Assembly: GCA_046563655.1 (NCBI GenBank)
Contig: CM102283.1
Span: forward strand, 9,486,001 to 9,550,000
Source: Yuukianura sp. NJ FZ-2021
Taxonomy: Eukaryota
Direction: 5' to 3'
DNA: 64,000 nucleotides
How positions within the stretch are numbered: the stretch's first letter is position 1; each line of letters starts with the position of its first letter. Below, in pieces: positions 48,015-64,000 of this stretch. The notes under the pieces are model-generated. The model had not been told where the DNA came from, did not search any database, and saw nothing but the letters and a program-made list of their open reading frames with translations. A program made the translations under genes and the position numbers.

Positions 48015-49515
48015 AAGGTTGGATTATAACATGTATTACATTAACTTTAAATAAATTACAGTAGTTAACAACATAAGTTACTTTTACTTACAGGTTAGCA
48101 CATACTTCACCGACTTTTACACTATGGTATTATGTACCTTTACGTTTTGGACTTCATTATTGTGCGCGGGATTTTTGAATTTTCCTAGGAATCGATCATT
48201 TCTGGAATGTGAATTCATTTCGCTCTTTTTTTTTTGTGTGCAACGGGCTTTAGAGCTCCATTTTTTGCAGCTAAGCTTTTGACTGGAACATTTTGGCACT
48301 TTATTTATTTGCAGGGATGGAAAAAAGATGAAATTATACACGCTAACAACTTCCTCTGCAGATTCCTTGCATCACAGATTACACAAGAAGCGTTGGAAAT
48401 GGAAATCGGATGTTCTTTTTTTTTTATTCCTTCTTCATCTTTTGTATCATTTATGATTCCAAAACTTCACGGTGTATAAACAGCTTTTTCTAATTCAGGA
48501 CTTTATAAATATTTATTTTATGCGATGCCGGGAAAGTTTTGCCTAACAGAGTTTTCACAAAAGTGGCCTTTTTTAAGTGAAATTCATCCGGAAAATTGGA
48601 ATCGATGGAAAGCTTTTGCTGGAAGTCGTGTCATTTCAACCTCATTCAACAATTTATATTCCAATATCCCTCTTTTTCGCTTATATTTGACAAGCATTCT
48701 TCGGATGAATTGAAAATGGGCTCTTCTTTCTAACTTTCTTTAACGTTCGACACTAAACGGATCAATATTCCCTGACTTCTAGGATTCCTTCTTTGGCATG
48801 CAAGAGATTTCATTTTTAAAACACAAAAGTCACGAAAAGAAAAGCCACTAAATTAGTAGTGTCCAGGAAGCATTCCGGATTGTTTGAAAATTAATTCTTT
48901 CAAAAGTGTTTTCTGGAAATCATGCAAAGACGCCATGAATCGCTTCAGTCACATCAAACAATCAACTTGAATGGTAAGGTTTTGACCCTGTATTAGCGTT
49001 TAGAGGTTGTAGTAATTAAGTTTTGAAGTTTGATTGTTAATTAAACTAATTTAATTGAACATTAAACTTGACCTTTAGTTTTTATTACAATAGTGTTATT
49101 GTAACAACAAATTTTAATTGCCGTCTCATCTTTTTACGACAACGAGCTTTTCCCGCGAAAGTGAAACTGAAAACTTTATTGCTGGAGAATCCAGAAATTA
49201 TTTTTGGATTTTCACTTTCCGAATTCGGTTTTTTCTAGATTTTTGTCTCCCGAATCGGTGACCTCTGACATCTAGAGGTTTCCCTTTCTAACTTTCGTGT
49301 GCCATGGGTTGGACATTGGCTATTTTTAGTTTTTAGGTCAAAAGGTCAACTCGAAGAAGCCAAACAGTAATAAGTCAATTTTAGAAATAATGTAGGAATT
49401 TGAATTAGATACTGAAATAATGTAATTTTGTTATTAATGTCTTTGTTGTGTTTGTTCCAGTTCCACTTCCAGTAAATTCCAGAGGTCTCCAGCAGGGGTG
49501 ACCTTTCTTCGCTGT

Positions 49516-51261
49516 ATGAAGACGACTGACATCATTGCCAAGACCAAGTTATCAACATTCCGTCGCCAGAGCATTGTGAAGTCAATGTCCTGGATGTTGC
49601 TCAAAATGTACCTCCGACACATCCTGAGTCGAATTTGGAAACGACTAGTTCTTTACCTCCTTGCAATCGGAATACTCATTCTTGTGATTGACCTTTCCGG
49701 AGTACTTCGTCACATGTTTGAGCAAAACTATGAAACAGAATTCTCATACCCACTGGATCTTCCGGACTTTCCGACCATAGTAGACAAGTTTCGGTAAGTC
49801 ACAAAGTTATGACCTCTTAAAAACTTAGAAATGTTAAGTTCTTTCTGTTTTTTTTTAAGGAACAACGAGCCCATTCCTATAGCTCCAATCAATACACTCC
49901 ATAAGAACATAAGCTTTTTAGAAGTAGCTGACGAAGGGTGCGGAGGTTCAGAATTTCGGGTAATCATCTTAGTCAAATCTGCTGGAGCAAATTTTAAGAA
50001 ACGTGCTGCCGTGCGGTCCACATGGGGAAACCCTCGACGATTCTCTGACGTTTCCATCAAAACAGTTTTTCTACTCGGCCGAGTCGGAAATCCCCGAGAG
50101 TTGACGAACGCTTTAGATGGAAAGTTGCGTCCAGTGGCTTACACAATCACAGCTGAAAGTGGGAAGTACAAGGACATTGTACTTGGGGACTTTCGCGACA
50201 CTTACTATAACAATACCCTTAAAATTTTAATGGGACTACGCTGGCTCGTGGACGTCTGTCCCAACTACAGATTTGCTTACTTTGTGGACGACGATGTCTA
50301 TGTCAGTGTTAAGAATTTACTTAAATTCGTTCGGAATCCAGTAGAATATCCTCAGTATTGGGAGAAATTGGCAGCATTAAAAGAAAAACGACGAGTAGAA
50401 GAAGAAGCAGTGAAGAAACAGAAGAAGAAAGAGAGGCAATCAGCTGGTTCTATTATCCTAAACGCTTTAAAGTCGAAAGACGAAGCTTTATCTAGAAAAC
50501 TGAAAGCATTAATTCCAGAATCAATCGAAGCTGACCAAGCAGCACTAATTCAAGATACCAGAAACGATCCTGCCGATTTCGACATTGACTTAGCCGAAGA
50601 CGCAAAACTTTTTGCTGGAAATGTCTACTATGTACCACCACTCCGTCATAACATTGGTACGTTTATCACCAGCACTATTAGGGACTTTGCGTTATAAATA
50701 ACTTATAGGAATTATGGCCATATAATTTATAAATTATAGAATTTATGAGGTGCCGCCCCTTTCTTCCCCTGCCACCCACTTTGTATCGGCTCGGGGATTG
50801 GCCAATCTCACGTCTGACGTCGCCTGACCTGCCATAAATTCTATAATTTCTATAATTCCTATAACTTTTATAACTCAAACTCCCTGTTATGCTATAAATC
50901 AATCAATCATGAATAACTTTTGTTTTTAGCTAACAAGTGGTTCGTGTCACTGGCCGACTATGCATTTAACTACTACCCGCCCTACGTTCCTGCTGGGTCA
51001 ATGGTCATGTCCAAACCCATAGTTTCAGATTTATACTACGGAAGTTTCTTTACAAAAGAGTTTCGATTTGACGACGTCTACCTTGGAATTGTGGCTAAGA
51101 AGATGGGCATCGAGCCTTTCAACAGCAACTACTTTCAAATGGCTGGGAAAACGGGCAGTTTCTATGCAGATCGGTTCAAGTACATGATTGCTGTTCATGG
51201 CTTCGAACCTGAACAACTCAAAGAACTTTGGTTCATCCAGAAAACGTTGGGAAACGTTTAA
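49516..51261 (+). CDS. brn: Brainiac-like GT31 beta-1,3-glycosyltransferase
   Basis: Exons 49516-49793, 49860-50656 and 50930-51261. Type II TM anchor, ILVKSA..NFKKRAAVRSTWG, FRDTYYNNTLK, FVDDDVY, KWFVSLADY...YPPYV, FRFDDVYLGIVAKK. The true start could be a later Met. Confidence 0.88.
50680..50885. mobile_element. Degenerate foldback/MITE-like element in brn intron 2
   Basis: AGGGACTTTGCGTTATAAA pairs with TTTATAACTCAAACTCCCT (17/19), TTATAGGAATTAT with ATAATTCCTATAA, and AAATTATAGAATTTATG with CATAAATTCTATAATTT, around a GC-rich core. No clear target duplication. Confidence 0.6.
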
Positions 51262-51852
51262 CAAGTATTGACTTACGTGGCATTTCTTGTTTTAAATGAC
51301 AATTATTTTTTTAGTAACTTCGATCAAACTATGTTGGAACGGACGTCACTATTCATCGCAAATCGCACCTTAGAACAAATTACTTGCTCTAGAACAAACA
51401 ATTTCCAAAGCTGTGAACCGAAGGACCTGTTATTCTTATGTTTTGTTTTAATTAACGTTAGTCACTAATTAATTTCTAAGGACAGCAGATACCAATTTGT
51501 GCATCTAGTCTGACTGATGACTTGGCTGTTTTAGTTTTTAGGCTAGAAGTTCTTTTTAATGCGGCGACTCAAAGTATTTAGCATTCCAATTATAGCAATC
51601 TCAGCAACCAATTTTTAGTTTTTTAAGTTTTAGTTTTTAATTTTTTTGAATACTTTTACATATGGAGTTTTAAATATATCTGTTAAAGTTTAACCGTTAG
51701 TTTAGTTAGATTTTTAAAGACAATGAACTAGCCCGTGAGAAGTTGAATCTTCCCAAAGAATAAAAGTTTAAAAAAAACGAAAATCCCTGAATCTGAAAAT
51801 GAAGCTGAAAATCGCAGAATTGGAAAACCCTACAATACGAAAGTTTTTTTTT

Positions 51853-55742
<3,890 letters not shown>

Positions 55743-56574
55743 GACTGTTTAATTAGTAATTGACTTAAAAATTAAAAGTGAAACTCCAAAGCGCTATGTA
55801 AGACTGTAAACCCACCACTTTCTACTTGTCACCAATTGAACAACTAATTACGACTGAAATACGCTAACGACCGAATTAACACCTTAATTACCTTAATTTA
55901 ATGTTAATCTAATTAAACTAAAAACCGAATGTTATTTAGCAAACAGCTGACTAAAAAAAGGACAATTTCGAAAACGAACTGGAAAAACAATAACAAAAAC
56001 GCAGTAAATTTTAAATTCAAAGTTCTTTTCCCGCGTATTCTCAAAATCTCAAACTATACCACTACTGCTAAGATTATAGTTGAAACAATACCAAAACTTT
56101 TCACTATTGTTGCAAAAATTTGCACATTTCGATTTCACCTATCATGTGCTAATTCCTACTATTTTTGCAATGAACTTTGCAATTACTATTCCGGATGCAC
56201 TATGTTTTTGAATCAGTTAACCTTTGAATAGGTTCATTTAGTTTTACTTCCAGTATGACCCTGGTCGGTGCTGCTTTTCAAAGTATCTAACTTGTACTTA
56301 CAACTTTTGTAATGTAATTCTTTTATGAGTGTTAACAATCTAACTAGAAAACGAAGTTTAATGAATTCCACCTCCACGTACTAAGCGGTATTTGATGAGT
56401 TCACAATTGGCATTTTATTATTCTACTAAAATATTACAGTTGTACTTTAGCCGGCGTAAGAAAAACTTCAATTAATTGGAACCAACTTAAGGAATTATGC
56501 AGGAAGTACAAGAGCAAGGTAAGATTTTAAAACAGTCAACCAATCACACGCGTTTTTGAGAACGAAAAAGGTCG

Positions 56575-56588
56575 GTTTCCTTGGAAAC
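56575..56588. promoter_or_regulatory. Putative RFX X-box upstream of the PKA catalytic subunit
   Basis: GTTTCCTTGGAAAC has palindromic half-sites GTTTCC/GGAAAC with a 2-nt spacer, about 140 bp upstream of the ATG. Confidence 0.6.
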
Positions 56589-56726
56589 GGAGCAACAGTT
56601 TGTGTTTGTCAACAAAGTTTTTAGCAAACCAGCAGCATGCATGGAAAAGACTTTTTGAAAAAAAAAATTCCTTTTTTCAAAATTGGCGGTTTTAGGCTAA
56701 CGCTGCTTCCGTGAAGTGGCTCAAAG

Positions 56727-57986
<1,260 letters not shown>

Positions 57987-58661
57987 ATTTCCAATTCACG
58001 TACGCCAAAATCACATTTTTCAAAAAAAAATCATTCCTAATTTAGTTTTTCATTTTTTAGTTTTTCAAAATTCACTTTACGACGCCTCAAGACTTCGGCA
58101 GCCCTATTTTTTGACATGCATAAAATTTAAACCAAATTATTCAAAATTTTAACCCAGTCAGCCATTAACAATAAAAAATTTTGAACTATGTCGCCAAAGC
58201 TTGTAAGTTCAAAAAAATTGGATTAGTCAGTGTGTGCTTCATCGCTTTTTAGCTAGATGGCGTAAATTTTCAAAAACTCTAAGCATTTTCCACGCTTTGT
58301 GCCATTTTTTCCCCAATTTCCGGCATTCTGCACGCACCTTTCAATTTTCTCCCACTTTTGCCAAAAAAAAAACTGAAACAAGTTTCGGAAGCCCAAATTT
58401 GGGAGTAACAAAAAGCAGATGGAAGTTTGTATACATTTCATTTTCCTCACAAACTTTTTGCAAAAGTTTACATTGAAAACCTGAGCTGCCAAAGCCTTGC
58501 AAAAAGTGCTAAATTGGAAATGGCAGGAGGCAAAAGACCTTCGACTGGTTCGTTTCGACCAAAAGTGGGACAAGCGGGCATTGGCACTGCCTTGTCTATT
58601 TCGTACAAAGATAACCTCATTTCACTTTCAATCAGCAACCATTCTAATCTCAGGTTCCAAA

Positions 58662-58743
58662 ATAGTTACTCCCTCCAAGTCAAAAAATCACAGTATGGTA
58701 GTTACTCCCGCCAACTTCAAAAAACCAAAATAGTTACTCCCTC
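58662..58743. repeat. Three direct copies of TAGTTACTCCC
   Basis: Copies near 58663, 58699 and 58731. An inverted 15-bp copy lies at 62219-62233. Confidence 0.65.
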
Positions 58744-61700
58744 TTTCAATGTCCACCATTAATCACAATTTTCATGGTCTTGACGTTATGCATGACACCA
58801 GTCACATTTTAGTGTCCACTTCTCAAATTACACTCCATTGTCACCAAAAAATTTTTTTTTTAATTTTCAAACCGAATTGTATACAAAAGACTGTTAAAAA
58901 GTGATTGTTAAAATATGAGAAGTCTAGACATATTGGTCATTGTCCACTTTTTAATTTTTTTGTGGTTGAGTTTATATCAAAGAAGTCAAATTGCAAAAAC
59001 TGGCAACTAGAACTTGGAACCCGATATTTTTGCGACGTGCAAAAAGTGCTTAATTTGAGTAAACATTGAGTGAGGTTGTGAGTTATGGTCACTGCCAACT
59101 TAAGAATCGCTTAGCAGCGATCATGGGAGGTGGGCTGGAGAAATGTGAAATGGAATGACATGTATAAATAGTTGGGTGCAGTAGTCTAAAAGTAGAGAGG
59201 ATAGGAAGTTCAATGAACTTGGACAAATAATAAATAGAGGGAGATTTGGAATGGAAACAAACAAAGAAACTCCGTTTGGGGGGACACTTGTTGGCTTTTG
59301 TGGATCAGTTGAGGACAAAGTGGTTTCTGTTAATGAATCTTCTTCGTAGTTAATCCAAAGTTAAGCTTAAGTTAATTAGCTTAAGATTTTCGGTGAATTT
59401 CGAAACCAATTGATCCAGATGAGTAGTAGTTTCATCATCAATCAAAGAAATGATCGATTGCAGAGAGAGAATGAAAAAAAACAACTCTGAAAAATTGGCA
59501 GTTTTGTCGCTCAACTTTTTTTGGAAACTAAACTTTTTTTTTGTTACAGTTGAAAACTTGTGTCTCTTCAAAAGATGTGTCTAAACTGCAGTTCAACAAA
59601 ATTTCAGTTTCTTCTACTTTTGTTTTCTTGTCAAATTTTGATAAATGACAAAAAGTTGAACTTTTGAGAATTTTTGAACTTCACACTATAATGTTTTTTT
59701 AAATGAAGTGGAATGATGCTTATTCTGGAGGTCAATCAAAGTTCGATGCATCTCTTCCCGATTATCGGCTGGTTACGTGCCAAAACGTCGGCAAAAAGTT
59801 ACATTTTGGCAAAAACAAAAATTTCAAAAACAAACAAGGAAACTAATTTATTAGGACAATTTAAAAATGTAAACCGGAGGGGCCGATTTCTAAAATTTTT
59901 GAACTTTCAAAAATTTGAAAAACCCACCATTGGCTCCGTTTTGGTGCAATTTTGGTCGAGCTATTTCCGTTCTTTCTAAAAATGTCGTAGTTTCAACCTT
60001 TAGTAAAAAAAAAGAAGCAAAAGAGTTCATTGTTCTTTGCAAAAAGTTTTTTTTTTAGGAAAACGTGGAAATGGCATGGGCGTCCTTCTGAGTTTGCCGC
60101 CTCTGCTTAGATGCAAGTCTCTCTCCAACGTCATTGTATTGATTCATTTTCGGAGGCAATGGCCAACCTACTTTCTGAAACTTGAGGAAGTAACTATTTC
60201 TGCACCCAAACTTCGGTCATAGACACTCTTACACTATAGTCAAAGGTTAACAACACTAACGAAAAAGAGGCGGTTTTTACTCTACCTTAGTCTGAATTTA
60301 TCAAACAAACTTTATTAAGTTTCGCAGAAAGTTAAAAACAGGATTGGCCTCTTCTTTTTCTTTTTAAAAATTGCGGCGTGTTTTGTTATTGGTGGAAAAC
60401 CGCAAAGAAGCGCAGAGGCACGATGGACACATGAGTCAGCAGAAGCTAATGAACTCTGTTGACATAATTAACTTTTTATAAACTTTTTACTTTTATGGAC
60501 AACATTTCGCATGTGAAATTTCCACATTTCGGAAACCACAAAATTCTCCAAAAACTTCCGCTGCAATAAATTTTCAAAACAAAAGGACACTCAATACTAA
60601 TACATTGACTATCTGCAGAAGAGAAGCGCAGAATAAAAAACTTTCACTTTCACCTTCGGCGTTCAAGTTTTTAGCAGCTCTATCAACTTGAGACCTGTTA
60701 AATTAAAACGGAAAGCTAGGTAATAAAACAAAAAAAATTTTGGAAGGCGTTTTTCTTTTGAAATTTTTGTGAGATATTGAAATATCAAAATCACTTCAAA
60801 AATGAAACAAAATTTCAAATGAGTTGAAAAAAATACAAAGGAAAAACCCCGTTTAACGAATTTTTCATTTTCTTAGGAAAGTTCTCTTTTTCGTTGGAAA
60901 AAGTTGTGTTTCAGCAAGGTAAATAGAATACTAGGTGTTTCAGCAGTTTGGTTGAAAACCGAAAAGTTTGTCGGTTGAGCAACAATTTTTTTTTCTAAAC
61001 TCTGATATTCCAGATGCTTTTTTAAGTCGAACTTCAATCAAACCGAGTTTCTCCAAGCGTGCAACGCACTTTTAAGGGATTATGAATAATTCGGAGAGAG
61101 TAACTATTCAATACCCAGTGCGTGTGTAGAGTTAACCATAAAGTAATACTGAAGTAGCTGTAGGTCAACATAGTCTCATGGCGTTGACCTGTGTGTGTAC
61201 CTGCATTGTGTATCCAAATAGCAAATAGTACACAAGTGGCTTGCGGCTTCCAAGGCACGAAGTACCTCAAACATAAATTTTATATTTTTTTAGTCTCTCT
61301 TCCCGTGCAAATAAATTTTCCAAGACCACTTTTTTTTTGTAGCATAACAAACGATGACCAAATGCCTCTTCATCTTACGTTGAATTCCAAGTGGTAACCT
61401 CCAAATTGCACAAAAAATGTTAAGTTGTGAACGTTGAAACATACACACAGTTTACTCACTGTACTGTTAAGCCCTCAAGGCTACTTTGGCTAAAAAGTTT
61501 TTACTTTACAAATTTACATCTTCAAATTTACGTCTGGATACGCCATGCACAAAATTTTCAAAAAACTAATTTCTTTAGTTTGGTTTTGAGAAAGTTTATT
61601 TGCAGCTTTGGTCTTTTTTTTTGTTTTTGTTTTTTTTTTTTGCTTTTTAGTGGAATCAAGATTTACACTTTTTTTTTTGGTACATTCACTTGGAAATTTT

Positions 61701-63739
61701 GTAAAAAATTTAAACAACACTTTTAATTTTTTGTTCGGCTGAATCTGATTTGCGTCAATTCCTCAAGTAATTAAAAGGTAGTTAAATGAAAAGTTAGAGT
61801 AGTAAACGTTAATTGTGTTAGAGGTTTGTGTAGTCTATGTTCCAGAGAGTCTGAGTTTGAGGGAGTTCGTTGACTCCGTGCGTTCACACACACTTTGGAG
61901 TCGTTTGGGAGGACGGAGCAGAGTTGTACGCACCTTCCAGAACAAGCCCCTCTTACTCCACTCCCAGTTGAGCCTCTCTCACTCCGGCTCAAGCATTTCG
62001 CAAAAACACACCACTTTAGCCTAAACTGCACCAGGAAGTCAACTCTCCAAGGTCACACTTTCGCCAACTTCAAAAGTTAACCTTTGACCCGCCCTCCAAG
62101 TGCTACGTTCAGTCTCCGGGTTAAAATTTAACCCATCTTGACAGTTACCCTGCGGGGCAAAACAGTAAGAAAAAGGAACCTATTGTTATCAAAAACCCAA
62201 ACTATTTGAGGACAAAACGGAGGGAGTAACTATAATTCCCTAACCTGCTAAAGAAAAAGTATTTCTTTGTCTATCCACCTTGGAATAACTATAATTGTCT
62301 GCACAAGTGGTTGTGACACAGCGGCGCAAAAGTCACGAGTCACACTGTCACAATTTGGACGAGGTCAATGTCCTCCAACTGTAAACAAACACTTGAATCA
62401 CACTTCCAGTTAAATTTGTAACTGTATCTCACTGTTACACTCCATTGTAGTACAACTGACGCTGACTGTTCAAATGAATGGAAATCCAATGCCCATTTTG
62501 GACTCAAACTAAAACGTAAGTACTTTTTAACTTTTGTTTTCAAAATATTTTGACACTTCGTGCCTTAAAAGGCAATTCAAACTTAATCTTGTGACGATTA
62601 AATTTGTTGTTACTTTTGTTCCTAGTACAATTTTTTGCTAAGAGGTCAATGGTAATGATATACAACAAACATAACATTCCGTTTGTAAATGAATCAACTC
62701 AGCACAAATTACAATATGTAATGTGTTTTGTGCCATTACTAAAAGTTCAAAAACTTATTTTTCTCCGAATGAGTTTGTTTATGATTTTGAAAAATACTGA
62801 AAATGTCACGTTCATGTCACCACTTTTTAAATTTTGGCTCCAATGAGTCACTTTTGAAAAAAAAAACGTTTCCATTCTCCTCCGCTTCCTCATACTAGTC
62901 TTCCTGTCTGTCGTTTTTTGTATGGAATGTTTTTTACTTAAATTTTACTGACGTAAATTTTTTGTACGTAAATCTTTACGGAGTAAATTTTTACGAAGTT
63001 ACGTGCCCTCATGAACTTCCGCCGAAGGTTCTGGTTGTGTGACCTCAGTTGACTCCGATCATCGTCAACTTGTCACCCTCCAAAATTTCGTCAATCTTTT
63101 TTCCATTTGAGCTTCTGTATCAACTTCCTCCGGTTACTCACCCCTCTGCAATGCATCTCCACACATACATGTACATACATGCATGCAAATGCTACACATT
63201 CATGTGGTGATGCACAACCTTTTAGTATTTTGGGATTCACCTAAAGTTCAAATCCATCCTAGGAATTGAGAGATACAAGGGCAAGGTCTGGTCATTGCCT
63301 TCTATATTTTTTGTAAAAGGTTGTGCCAAATTCGCAATTTTACTAGGAAGTTAGTCTGGAGGTGACAATGACACATTCATGAGTTGATCTTTACACTTGA
63401 CTTTTTGAATCTTGTTCACACCAGATCAAAATCAAACGTCAAAAATCCAATGAACTCAAAAAGCCTATAACGGTAATCCTCATCACAAAAAAAGAAGAAT
63501 TTTTTAGTCTCAAAAATGAATGAGGCACTAAAAAACTTTTTTTTTTGTGAGAATTTGATTGACACAAAGTTCATTCCTGAATTTATCAAAATGAGGAAGT
63601 TCAAAATTTTAATTTTTTGGCCTCCAGTCAATCCTGAGTGGGAAGAATGAAAATGAAAAGTGCATTTACTATGAGCAGAGATTCGGCAGAGGACTAAAAG
63701 AGCAAGAGAATATCTGGTCTAGATGCCATTGACCTCTAC

Positions 63740-63985
63740 GTCTATATGAGTCTATAGTAACTTAGAGACTACAACTTATAGTACTTAATAGAAGCACCTA
63801 AAAAGCCTAACATTTCCATAATAATAATAACATAGACTCCTACTGCTGCGGTGGGATGATGTTTTAGGAATTATGCATCTCAAGTGTCAGGAAATAACAA
63901 AGTGATAACTTTACATTTGGCATCTATAGTTTCAGAGTCTATAATTCTATAGTCTTTATGAATCTATAGTCATAGTCTATAACTT
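63740..63985. repeat. TCTATAG/AGTCTATA low-complexity repeat patches
   Basis: Repeated tctatag/gtctata words, related to 41948-42045. Confidence 0.5.
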
Positions 63986-64000
63986 TTGTTGCTAGAATTG

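Noticed and set aside
60055-63150. Exon-like GC-richer patches near 60060-60190, 61840-62020 and 63003-63146
   Set aside because: Splice-like sites exist, but frames close quickly or strands conflict, and no protein family is recognisable.

Overview
Gene-dense, AT-rich eukaryotic DNA from an arthropod. The insect-type USP/RXR N-terminal exon [15 protein letters not shown], a Neverland gene and mostly ~60-100 bp GT-AG introns suggest a hexapod or other pancrustacean; the taxon is inferred. Twelve spliced protein-coding genes can be reconstructed by hand: ATP13A1 (partial), an orphan two-RRM protein, TFIIB, a secreted single-DM13 protein, IFT74, ZMYND11/BS69, Transportin-3, Neverland (cholesterol 7-desaturase), RXR/USP, brainiac-like beta-1,3-glycosyltransferase, DHX16 and a PKA catalytic subunit. 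The most interesting area is the Neverland-RXR/USP locus, where an ecdysteroid-synthesis enzyme lies directly downstream of the ecdysone-receptor partner. That RXR has three phase-compatible alternative first exons, an unannotated-looking T-box cassette exon encoding RRRRSS, a degenerate AF-2 helix and clusters of perfect DR1 and FTZ-F1-type sites in its own introns. Other points: a perfect RFX X-box upstream of IFT74 and a second X-box upstream of a non-myristoylated PKA-C, a DM13 protein with a peptide-like Pro/Arg and amphipathic tail, an alternative last exon in ZMYND11, a TA-flanked MITE, a solo LTR, and periodic A/T-tract introns. No tRNA, rRNA or CRISPR features were seen. All family assignments come from motif recognition, not database searches.
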